The position numbers and the translations under genes were made by a program. This document shows positions 1 to 10,029 of a stretch of DNA of 20,000 bases, one piece after another. Numbering within the stretch: position 1 is the first letter of the stretch; the number at the start of each line of letters is the position of its first letter. The stretch is taken from contig NC_057719.1 of assembly GCF_004010195.1 (NCBI RefSeq), positions 12,676,971 through 12,696,970 of the forward strand, given 5' to 3'. The notes under the pieces were generated by a model. It saw only the letters and a list, made by a program, of their open reading frames with translations. It made no database searches and was not told where the DNA came from. Origin of the DNA: Chiloscyllium plagiosum (taxonomy: Eukaryota).

Positions 1-419
1 CACGAGCCCCCTTAGGGGTCTGTTCTTTTTTAAATTTTTTTCCTTTTAAATCCAGAAGTGTTCTCACACATGACTGTGTGACTTTCCTCCCAAAGTCACT
101 GTTACTTTTTTTTGTAAACTAAGCACCGCCACTAACCACTTTTGTAGCCAATTAAATATTTATATGCAAAGCCCACTAAGGGCAATGCAAACCATCAAAA
201 GTAGGGTGGAGGTAGGGAGAGAGGGAAAAGACTAAATCAAAATAAAGCACCATATCTTTATGGTGCTCAAGGCATCCACATAGACTCTGTTTTATCAAGG
301 GCTCAGGTGAGGAGTTTATCTGGGCAGGCCATTGCCTGTTACCAAGGAAATTCATACTCAATGAGCTCACAAGGAGATTAGTTAGCAATTCCCCATGGGC
401 CTTGTAGGCATTATCACGC

Positions 420-1772
420 AGCCACCAACTCTACAAAGGGCTTCATTGAGTTGGCCAAGGCTTTTCGCTCAGTTAGTTGGAAAGTACTGTGGATGACCCT
501 GTCAAAGGCTGGCTGTTGAGTGAAATTTATCGACATCCTCCCATCTCCTCCACAACAAGGCGGTCAGTGACGGTCTTCACTGGTAATATGCTGAATCCTT
601 AATGTCAACACAGAGGTCAAACATGGATGTGCATTGCCCCACTCTTTTCTCCAATTCATCGCCACCATTCTTCATTTTGTCAAGAACAAGCTTTTCAGTA
701 GTGTGGACATACAGAATGGATGAAAAACTTCAACTGGTTGAAATCCAGAAAGAAAATTACACAGACTGCAGTGTGCGGATGACAATGTCATCTCGGTGCT
801 CTCAGTAGAGAATCTTAAAGTCTTGCTTAATGCTTTCATGGAAGGATACCAAAGAATTGGTTCAGGCTCAACTATAACCTCAAGAAGCTCAAATCCTTGA
901 CCAAATTGTTCCAGGTCAAGTTCCAGTCCATTCCTTCATTCAGATCAACGGAGAAATCTTCCCATGCGTCATGCATTTCCATCATTTGGGAAGCTACTTC
1001 TTAATGTTGACATTGATTTGGAAATTCAACTTCACATTCAATCTGCAAGTACTGCTTTTGGATGCCTGTGGTTGAGAGTTTTCAAATAACATGACATCCA
1101 CGCTGAATAAGGTACTCATCCTTTCATCTCTTGTATATGATTCCAAAACCTGGGGGCTATATATAGATACCACCTCAAGACCCTTGAAAAAACCCATCAC
1201 TACCGTTTAAGACAGATTGTACACGAACTGGAAGAAAGAAATATTAACATCAGTGTCCTTGAAGCAGCTATTGGCATCAGCATTGAAGCAGAGATTCTCC
1301 AAAACCAATTCTGCTGGTCCAGACACTTGCTTCGGGATGCCTAAGTTCTGACTACCAAAGCAAATCTTCTTTGCTCAGTTCAAGGAAAACATTCAAACAA
1401 GAGGAGAAAAGAAAGTGTTTCAAAGACTCCCTGAAGGCTTCTGTCATGAAATCCAACATAGATGTCAACATATGGGAGACCCTCATTCAGAAGAAACCAA
1501 CCTGTAGAAAACTGCGGTATGATGGGAAACAATTCCTTGAGAACGTCCGTTGGCAAGAGGAAGAGTGGAATATGAACAAAGAGAGAATGCCAACAATTTC
1601 GAGGCTAAGGAATGCTTCCACCTCCTGAAAAACCTGCCAAATGTGTGGTTGGAGTTGCAGCTGTATGATTGGCTCATCAGCCATGCAATGACCCACAGAG
1701 CCCATGACCAGAGTCGCAGAATTTCTTAGGTGGATAGTCATACTCCTCAACGAGTCCTTTCCGCCATCAATG
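420..1772 (+). mobile_element. RTE-clade LINE, 5'-truncated and decayed (RT domain to 3' end)
   Basis: Manual translation across frameshifts and stops: FIELAKAFRSVSWKVLWMTLSKAGC*VKFIDIL from 442 (cf. FIDLTKAFDSV), VNTEVKHGC..IAPTLFS (GVKQGC motif), DIDLEIQLHIQSASTAFG, LPKQIFFAQ, KRKCFKDSLKAS..IDVNIWETL (ORF 1371-1628), and C-terminal CxxC..IGLISHAMTH, all typical of RTE ORFs. Confidence 0.9.
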
Positions 1773-2510
1773 ACTGCAGGGATCAGTGCTTGGGTCTCAG
1801 CAGTTCACAATCTATACCAACTGATTGGATTTGAATAATTTAAAAGTGGGGGCCAATTGTAATATTTCCAAGCTTGCAGATATTTCAAACCTTGGTGGAA
1901 TTGAGAGTTGTGAAGAGAATGCAAAGAATCTTCAAGGGGATTTGGACAGGGTGAGATAATGCAAGAGCATGGCAGATAGAATAGAATGTGGATAAATGAG
2001 GTTATCCACTTTGTTAGGAGGAACAGAAGTGCAATGTCTTTCTTAAAGGTGAGAGATTGGAAAGTGTTGATGTCCAAAGTGACCTAGGTATCCTTGTTCA
2101 CAAGTCACTGAAAGTAATTCAGAAGGCAAACCCTATGAAGGCCTTTATCCCAAGACAATTTGAGCACAGGAGTGAAGAAGTCTTGCTTCAACTTAATTTA
2201 ATGTTAGTGAGACTGGGCCTGGAAAGGATGTATTTGGGAGGACGTGGAGTGCAGAAGAGGTTTTCCAAGACATTCCTCGGGTGATGGGACTTTCCAATCA
2301 GGAGAGGTATAGATGACTGGGCCTGTATTCTGTGGAATCTAAAAGAAGAGACATAATTTCATAGAAATCTGCATAGTTTTTAAAGGGTGCACAATAGATG
2401 CAGAAAGAATGTTTCCCCGATGGGATCTAACATCAGGGCATGCACTCTGAATAAAACACAAGCCATTTAGAACAATGACGAGGAGAAATTTCTTCATCCA
2501 TAGAATGGTT
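1773..2510 (+). mobile_element. CR1-clade LINE ORF2 fragment (RT core and C-terminus), decayed
   Basis: CAGGGATCAGTGCTTGGG = QGSVLG; ISKLADISNLGG (cf. SKFADDTKLGG); LQGDLDR..WQ; DLGILVHKSLKV (ORF 2057-2284); VQKRFSK. Many stops and indels. Confidence 0.88.
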
Positions 2511-2769
2511 GGACTGAGGGTCAGTCCTTGGTTGCAGTGTAAGGAAAACTTGTTGGAAATGTCAAGTGAAAGGTAGCAAAATCAGGACAGATATGGTTGA
2601 GAAACTGGGAGAAATAAATGGAGTTCTAACAAGAAGCACGGGGAAAGGGAAACATAGTGAGGAAGCTGCAGAGTTGGTGAACCTGTCAGCTTGAAATGAA
2701 TATTATTAGACAGAAGTGGAGACAAAGAAATCAAGGAAGGGAGGGAAAGAGTTGGGAGATGGACACGTA

Positions 2770-2845
2770 AGGGTATCGTTCCACAGACCTCGTTTTTAGG
2801 CTCCTAGCTTGTGTGTTGTATATATTAATGGTTTGTGCTTAAATG
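2770..2845 (+). mobile_element. Short CR1-like RT remnant (PQ.S.LG..CVVYINGL)
   Basis: ccacagacctcgtttttaggctcc...gtatatattaatggtttg resembles the PQGSVLGPLLFVVYINDL motif; short and diverged. Confidence 0.5.
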
Positions 2846-2861
2846 AGAGACAATTCATGAC

Positions 2862-3207
2862 TAGAATCATACAATCCCTGCAGTGCGGAAATAGACTATT
2901 CAGCCCATTAAATCCACAGCAACCCTCCAAAGAACATCCTCCGAGACCAACCCCTCTACTGTATCCTATAAACTTGCATTTCCCATCCTAACTGACCTAG
3001 CCTGCATGCCCTGGATCATGGCCAATCCAACTAACCTGCACATCTTTGGACTGTCGGAGAAAACTAGAGAACCTGGAGGAAACCCACTCAGACATGGGGA
3101 GAATGTGCAAACTCCACACAGACAGTCAGTCGTCTGAGGGTGAAATTGAGCCAGGTTCCCTGGCACAATGAGGCAGTGGTGCTAACTGTTGAGCCATTCT
3201 GCCAGCC
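2862..3207 (-). mobile_element. HE1-type tRNA-derived V-SINE
   Basis: The minus strand begins with a degenerate tRNA-like head (GGCAGAATGGCTCAACAGTTAGCACCACTGCCTCA), carries the V-domain core (TGTGTGGAGTTTGCACATTCTCCCCATGTCTG..GGGTTTCCTCC) and ends in a CR1/HER1-like tail (..TTTCCGCACTGCAGGGATTGTATGATTCTA). Confidence 0.9.
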
Positions 3208-3780
3208 CTCAGACATTGAAGCAAACCAGGTTCAAATGTAACAAGATCTGGATCATATCCAGGCTTGGACTGATAAGTGGCAAGAAACATTCACACCACA
3301 CATTACCAGGCAACGACCATCTCCAATAAGAGACAATCTCAGCACCACCCCTTGACATTCAGTGGTCACCATTGAATCCCTCACAATCAAAATCCTTGGG
3401 GTTACCATTGGCCAGAAGCCACTGGACTGTCAACATAAATACAGCAGCTACAAGAGCTGGTCAGAGGCTAGGAAAAGTGCAGTCAGTAACTCAACTCCTG
3501 CCTCTCAATACCTGTCCACCATCTAAAAGGCAGAAGTGAAGAGTGTAATGGAATGCTACCCACTTACCTGGGTGGGTGCACCTCCAACAACATTCAAGAA
3601 GCTTAACACCATCGAACACAAAGAGCGTATGTGTTACCAACACTGATTAGCAGTGGTGCATACTATTACAAGATGCACTGCAGAAATTCACTAAAGATCC
3701 TTAGACAGACTATCAAACCCACAACCACTTCCACCTAGAAGGACAAGGGCAGTAGATACATGGGAACACTACTACTTGGA
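3208..3780 (+). mobile_element. CR1/L2-group LINE fragment (same family as 11745-13074)
   Basis: Encodes QDLDHIQAWTDKWQETFTPH..TISNKR. Nucleotide segments recur at 12273-12870 (e.g. GACCATCTCCAA, CTCCAACAA.ATTCAAGAA, ATGGGAA). Confidence 0.85.
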
Positions 3781-3912
3781 TAAAGGGAGTTGTGAGTTGA
3801 GGCCTGAGTAGGACTGGAACAAGAAATGTTCCACACACATCCCACAAAATGAAAGGCAAAAATAGGCCCAATGTTGGTACCCATCTTTTATTTGTAGGAA
3901 GTGAGCAAAGTT
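3781..3912 (-). mobile_element. Penelope-like element RT fragment
   Basis: The reverse strand reads, with small frameshifts, NFAHFLQIK..MGTNIGPIFAFHFVG..VEHFLFQSYSG, matching the PLE RT motif HFLQxKGVAMGTxMGPSYAxLFVGYVE. Confidence 0.75.
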
Positions 3913-4896
3913 AACTTGTCTTCTTTGATGAGGTGGTGAAATACTTCACATTCCTGCTTATGATTGATGGCAACATTTGAACATCCATTAAATATATGTT
4001 AAATATCTATTAATAAATAGAAAATCAACTGAATTTCTCAATAAATGAGTTTCCTAGTAGTTTCCATTAATTTAAAAAGGTAAACATATTAACCTGTAAA
4101 CTATCCGAATCATTATAATCAACCCTGGATAATCTTTGTTCTTTATGCATTTTCATACATGAAGTGTAGTAATTATACCTTCAGTTAGGTTGGCGCCATC
4201 TTAAAGCTATATGCCCTTTGAATGAGTATTGGTTCTTGACTTAAGCCTGTGAAGTGAGCAGTGTAGGAGCTTTTAATGATATGAAAACTAGCCATTGACA
4301 AGCCAACTCATTTCACGTTTCAGTGTTCACCACATTCTGCCTATATTTAGCTTTATGCTTATGGGTTACTTCTCCAGATTAAATGAGGCAACAGCAACAG
4401 TGGGGAAAATCCACTCTTGGCACATTTTAATTCTTTAACACTTCCGTTTGTCCCTATCTTTGCTTCTTTAGCCAGCTATTAGAAGTGCAAAATTAGTCTG
4501 ATGAGTGTGTCAATTTATTTTTTCTTCTTCTTTACTCATTACCCTAGCTGTAAGCTTCAAGTCTGAATGGTCTATCGTAACATGACTGAGAATGAGATCA
4601 AATGCTTACTGAAAGGAGTGTGTTTATTTGGAAGCAGAAGTGAAGCACCATCTCTTTACTCCTCAGGCAACGCACATTAGCACTGCATTGCTTTGGTGCC
4701 ACAATGCTACTTAATATAGAGTGTTTAAGGTATTAATTGAAATTTATAGATTAATTTGCTCCCTGGCACTTTTATGTAATCAAAATAGGGCAATATTCAT
4801 GAAGTAGGGAAATATTTTCTCTCCATATTGAAGTACATGGCTTCCAATCTGCTTTTCCTTGGGAATTTGTAGATATTATTAATTAAACTGTTCAAA

Positions 4897-4988
4897 TGTG
4901 TGATGACATACTTCTGGAGCAGTTAAACTGGAATCTGGATTTTCAGTCTCAGAGGTAGGAACACCAATACCAGTGTGCTGCAAGAGCT
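4897..4988 (-). mobile_element. Old tRNA-derived SINE 5' head fragment
   Basis: The minus strand GCTCTTGCAGCACACTGGTATTGGTGTTCCTACCTCTGAGACTGAAAATCCAGATTCCAG..CTGCTCCAGAAG resembles shark tRNA-SINE heads with a degenerate A/B box; recalled consensus only. Confidence 0.5.
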
Positions 4989-6092
4989 GCTACCCCAGAA
5001 ATCTATATGTTGATGACGTGTCCAAGTTTATGACTCCCATTTCTTTGTATATCAAGCTAATATTCCAGGAACTATTTTCAATCTAATAAATCTGCTCAAA
5101 GGTAGTAGAATTTAATTTTTGTAAACATAAGATTATTAACAATAACTTTTTCTGAACTATTGTATTTATATCTGAGCTGAATATTTGCATCTGTTTAACC
5201 ATTGGTAAATTGTACTTAAGTACCAGTCCAGCATCTTGTTGACGTTATTCTCATCAAGCCTCCAATTTGTGGAGCTTAAATACATTTCAGTGTTCATTAT
5301 TAAATCCAATGTTAGCATCATTCCTTCTAATGATGAGATGAGCTGTCTATCTGATGCTGTAAAATAACAGCTGGCTTGATGACAAGAAGCTTAGTAGCTG
5401 TTTAATTTCCTGTTGATTAAAATGTTTAATTGATGATATGCGAATTTGCATCACTGCTGTACAAGATAATACTGGATCCCATTAATCCTGCCGTTTTCAT
5501 GAGAAATAGAACTGCAGTGCCCCTGCAAAATATTGTAATTACGACTTACTTAAAACTTTCCCTCTAAATTGTAAGGAAATTGCCTAGTAGTTTCTCATTA
5601 GGTACATGGAAATTCTTGAATTCTTCAGATAAAGTAATGGATGGTTGATATTCATGTCCTTTATAGCCCCCCACAAGACTGACCCATCGTGCCTTGAAAT
5701 TATGTCTAATTATGTGCACCTTGCACTTCTGACAGTAAACCTCTGTTCCTACTCTCCATTACTGTACATCTGCTAGCTGATCTAACATGTCGCTTCTTTC
5801 AACTGGTATCATATATTTACCACTGGCAACTTTCCTTCAGTCATTATTTGCCATGGTAGCTCCATCCTTTGCAAATTCTACTTACAGTTTCTTAAATTGG
5901 TTAATTCTTTCTCTCTGAATGCCTTCTTTTTTTCTACTGCTTTCAAAGGGTTCTTAGAACTCTTAATATATAATGAGTGCTGCGTAAATACAACTCATAT
6001 CGTTGGCATAACATTACATTACCAGGGCCCAGATTCTGACATTTTAAAAAAGCAATTTTTTAATAAGTTACATGTTTACAGATGGCTGACTT

Positions 6093-6346
6093 ATAGAGTC
6101 CCTGAGTCATACAACACTGAAACAAATCCTTTGGTCCAACTCATCATGCTGACCAGTTTTCCTAAACTAGCTACTCCCATTTGCCTGCATTTGGCCCATA
6201 TCCCTCTAAACTTTTTCCGTCCATGTACCTAACCAAATGTCTTCTAAAAGTTGTAATTGTACCACGTCTCCTTGCAGCTCACTGCATGTGTGCAACAGCC
6301 TCTATGTGAAAAGATCCCTTTTTAATCTTTTCCTCTCATCTTAAAT
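6093..6346 (-). mobile_element. HER1-like CR1 LINE 3' end
   Basis: Reverse-complement match to 14945-15216 in this window (TTTAGAGGGATATGGGCCAAATGC; GATGAGTTGGAC..AAGG..TGTTTC; TATGACTC tail). Confidence 0.88.
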
Positions 6347-6359
6347 GTAAATATACTGA

Positions 6360-6568
6360 GTATTTGGAACTGAAAAGTTAGTGGAAATAGAGTCCTGAAG
6401 TATTTTGAAGACAGAGGTAAATAGATTCTTGCTAAACCAGAAGGGTGAAAGGTTATCAGAAGTCAGCTGGAATGTGGATTGGACAGATCAGACATGATCT
6501 TAGTAAATGGTGGAGGAGGCTCAAAGTGCTAAAAGGCGTACTTCTACTATTAGTTTGTATGGTTGTAA
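6360..6568 (+). mobile_element. CR1 LINE 3' end/UTR (second subfamily)
   Basis: GAGGTAAATAGATTCTTG..GATCAGACATGATCTTAGTAAATGGTGGAGGAGGCTC..TACTTCTACT..TTGTATGGTTGTA is a typical elasmobranch CR1 3' UTR; similar to 8040-8180. Confidence 0.75.
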
Positions 6569-6577
6569 GGTAGCAAC

Positions 6578-6797
6578 ACAGCATCCTGACTTAGAACTTT
6601 ACCACCGTTCCATCACTGTTACTGGATTGAAATTTTGGATCTGTCTTCCTAACAGCACTGAGGGTGTACCCACACCAAATGGACTGCAGTGGTTCAGGAA
6701 GTTGGTTCAGCACTTCTCCAGTGCAATTAGCAGTGATGAACAAATGCTGGCCTTATGAGCAATGCTTGCACACCATGAAAGAATAATTAAATAAAAG
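6578..6797 (+). mobile_element. 3' end of the CR1/L2-group LINE family (or a SINE sharing its tail)
   Basis: CATCCTGACTT..GACTGCAGTGGTTCAGGAAG..CTTCTCCA..AAATGCTGGCCTT..A-rich end; parallels 12890-13074. Confidence 0.75.
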
Positions 6798-7744
6798 GTT
6801 AGTTCCTGCTCAACCCCTTTCCCCAGAACACTCATGGGAAATTCCTCTGCCATTTCCAAATGCTGAATTAATTAAAGTTCCACAAGTATTCAAGATTAAT
6901 TAGCTAGTTGAATTACCTCTACTAGCATACCTTCTAACAGCTCTTTCTGACAGCAACATTTTCTGTATGTTTTAAATATGATACTATCATACAATGACCA
7001 ATTTAAAGATCATAGACGGCAGCAAATGCCAGTAGCCTTATCAGATGATACCTGCAAATTCTAATACCTGCAATGGAAATTTTCTCAGGTTTTCCCCATA
7101 TCAGAACTTGTTGAGAAAATAAGTGAAACCCCGAGAGCCATCCCTATTTAGGTATCTCTAAGTCATAGGTTGTCATAAAATATTATTGAACAATTCACAT
7201 AACTCTGAGGATAGAATTGAATTCCTGAAAATAAAATGCAGCAAGTACATAGCTTGAACTTGGACCTTTGACTACAGCCTGTTCTGTATACCGCAGTCCC
7301 CATCAGTCCAACTCTCTAATCCACACCAACTACTGCAATTCTTCACCCACTAACCTAACTTCCAACTTAACATCCTTACCAGAAGCGTGAGTCCCTAACA
7401 TTTGTTTCATCCCTAATATAAGATACTGTGTCCTCACTTTCTCTTGCACTGTCCTCTAAGCTCCACCACAATCCCAGTCAATCACTAGATGCTGTCCCAT
7501 TACTCTTCATCCAGGTTCTGAGCTGGCAGGCTTCGGTCTTCAGAAGTTGTTGTGACTAAAAGCTGATTGCTGGTGTGAACAGGAACTATGTTACGATTAA
7601 GTGCTTTGAATGCTTGAAAAAAAATCTTTGACAAAGGTACTTATGAATTTTTAAGCTCTCAGCAAGGAGCAATGGAAGTATCGTGGTATGTCATGGCCTG
7701 CTGTGGGAAGGTGGGAAGACTTCAAGGTAAGTATGTGGGAAATA

Positions 7745-8312
7745 GACGGACATAATAGTGTTAGAAGCAATTCAGAGAAAGGTCACTCGCCTCATTCCTG
7801 AAAATGGTTGAATAGGTTGGCCCTGTATCTAGTGGAGTTTGGAAAAATAAGAAGTGATCCTGAAACACCTAAAATCATGAAACGAATTGATAAGGTAGAT
7901 GCGGAAAGGAAATTTTTCCTTGTGGGAGAGGATAGAACTAGGGGACACAGCTTAAAAGTAACAGCACTTAAGGCAGAATTTTTTTTTCCTGCCTGAGTTG
8001 TTGGTCCATAGAAATTTCTTCCTTAGAATGTTGGGAAGCAATGAATATTTTGAAGGTAGATTCTTGATTGACAAGGAAGTCAAATGGTGTAAGGAGTAGA
8101 TAGGAAAGTGAAGCTAAGATCACAGTCAGTTCACCCATGATCTTATCCAGTGGCAGACAAGGCTTCACAAGTGGATGGCCTTTACTACCTGGTTCTGTGG
8201 AAGGGTCACTTGACCAGAAACGTTGACTGATTTCTCTCCACAGATGCTGCCAGACCTGCTGAGCTTTTCCAGCAAATTCTGTTTTTGTTTGGGCCTTCTC
8301 TTACTCTCATTT
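7745..8312 (+). mobile_element. CR1 LINE 3' fragment, interrupted near its tail by a Penelope-type insert
   Basis: DIIVLEAIQRKVTRLIP, and ORF 7808-7996 NRLALYLVEFGKIRSD..IDKVDAERKFFLVGEDRTRGHSLKV (CR1 ORF2 C-terminus, TRGH motif), then a 3' UTR with CATGATCTTAT..GGATGGCCT. Confidence 0.85.
8183..8291 (+). mobile_element. Penelope-derived terminal (pLTR) fragment with a degenerate hammerhead motif
   Basis: TTCTGTGGAAGGGTCACTTGACCAGAAACGTTGAC..CACAGATGCTGCCAGACCTGCTGAGCTTTTCCAGC; flanked by GGCCTT direct repeats (8177-8182 and 8292-8297). Confidence 0.75.
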
Positions 8313-8942
8313 TCACACACCTCACCAATTTATGAAAAATGTATTCTCACAAGCTTTAAGTAAGGCATTTAAGCAAATATTTATCTGTTAAATGGAAGTT
8401 TTTTCCTACAAAGATTAAGCCATGAGTGATTGCTTAGCTTGTCCTAAGTAAAGCAACATCATAACAGTGTTGGGAAACTGTTGACTCCTGACTGTCTGAA
8501 GAGGGATCTAAAAAGGAGAGAGATATTTTATCAATAGGTATGCTGTGGAGATAATCATGGTTGATAAAGGAAAACTGTGAGACCATTCACTGAAACAAAG
8601 GAATTACAAGTCAGCATCCACTTAAATAAATTAAATTTACTTCTTGATATGGCCTAGTGGAATGTTTTATCTTATATTATTACACAGGTTAATTTTCATG
8701 GATTGAATGAACGAAGTCTGCTCTTAATAGCTATTCTGTGCATGCCATTGATGTGAAATTAATGGCTTTTATCAAGCCTCTTTTCATCAAGTTTGCACTC
8801 CGTGTTCCTTTATTGAGATGGGCAGAAACATGCAAAAGAGGTGAGTTTTCAGTCCATATCACATGAGGATGTTAATGTCATAGTCTCAGCAAGAATATGT
8901 CAAAGAGGTATAGGTGAGTATGCATGAACTCCCATAAGAGGT

Positions 8943-9147
8943 CAAAGTTAAAAATCACACAACACCAGGTTATAGTCCAACAGGTTTAATTGGAAGCACT
9001 AGCTTTTGGAGCGCTGCTTCTTCATCAGGTGGTTGTGCAGTGCTCCGAAAGCCAGTGCTTCCAACTAAACCTGTTGGACTATAACCCGGTGTTGTGTGAT
9101 TTTTAAACTTTGTACACCCCAGTCCAACACCGGCATCTCCAAATCAT
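8943..9147. mobile_element. Penelope-derived fold-back element (inverted pLTR arms 8943-9017 and 9037-9112, plus a 35-nt extension)
   Basis: ~75-bp near-perfect inverted repeat around a 19-nt loop; the minus strand contains CTGATGA-stem-AAAA. Imperfect flanking direct repeat CATAAGAGGTCA (8933-8944) / CATAGGGAGGTCA (9145-9157). Confidence 0.8.
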
Positions 9148-9274
9148 AGGGAGGTCAGGCAGCCTATGAGGAGCCTCTGAGGCCACATAACCAGCAAGGA
9201 TCAGCACTGGACCTGAATTCGTAATATCGGTTTAAACTTCATGAACAGATGTAGATTAAATTTGTGATTTTTAT

Positions 9275-9970
9275 CTTCTTAATCACATGTGCCTTCCTCA
9301 GATCAGCTGAAACCCTCACTAAGGCCTTTGTTGTCTCCAGACCTGACTGTTCCAGTGCATTTCAAGCTTGTGTCCCACATTTTACTTGTGTAAATTTGAT
9401 CTGTTGAAACTCTGCTGCCCTAACTTATCAAAAATCTTATTACCCATCACTTATGCTCAATGACACACATTGGCTCATAATTAAACAATTCCAGAATCCT
9501 GACAGCGTGGAAGCAGGCCATCAGCCCATCATGTCCACACCGAAGAGCATCCCACTAGACCTACCCTCCTTCCCTTTCTCCGTAAACCTGCATTCTCACT
9601 GGCTAATCCACCTAAACTACACATCCATCGTCACTATTGGCAATTTAACATGGCTAATCCACCTGACCTGCATATCTTTGGACTGTGGGAGGAATTTGGA
9701 GCACCTGAGGAAACCCACGCAGACATAGGGAAAATGTGCAAATGCCAAGGGTGGAATCAAGCTCTGATCCCTAGCACTAGGAGGCAACAGTGCTAACCAC
9801 TGAGCCATTATCTTGCTGTTAGAATCTACATTCTTTGAAATCCCTCTGTGGCCTTGTCTTTAGCCATCTCTGTAACCTCTAAACTACTTAACCTTCTGAG
9901 GTAGTTGCTGTCTTCCACTTCTAGTCTTTTGCATATCCCAGATTTTAATTACTTCATTGATATAGGCTTT
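9275..9970 (+). mobile_element. L2-clade LINE ORF2 C-terminal fragment, split by an HE1 SINE
   Basis: AETLTKAFVVSRPDCSSA (cf. AETLIHAFVTSRLDYSNA), NSAA, LNDTHWLIIKQ (cf. LADLHWLPVKQ). Resumes after 9815 with KSLCGLVFSHLCNL (cf. KSLHGLAPPYLCNL). Confidence 0.75.
9490..9815 (-). mobile_element. HE1-type tRNA-derived V-SINE
   Basis: Minus-strand head ATGGCTCAGTGGTTAGCACTGTTGCCTCC (A box); V-domain CTGCGTGGGTTTCCTCAGGTGCTCC..CTCCCACAGTCCAAAGAT; tail GGCCTGCTTCCACGCTGTCAGGATTCTG. Confidence 0.9.
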
Positions 9971-10029
9971 AAGTTTTTCTCTCCACCTCTCTTTCAGCGT
10001 CAACTTATATTTACGTACCACTTCCTCAG

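Noticed and set aside
4549..4670. Coding exon after the polypyrimidine tract/AG at ~4517-4548
   Set aside because: Early stop codons in all three frames and no convincing donor site.
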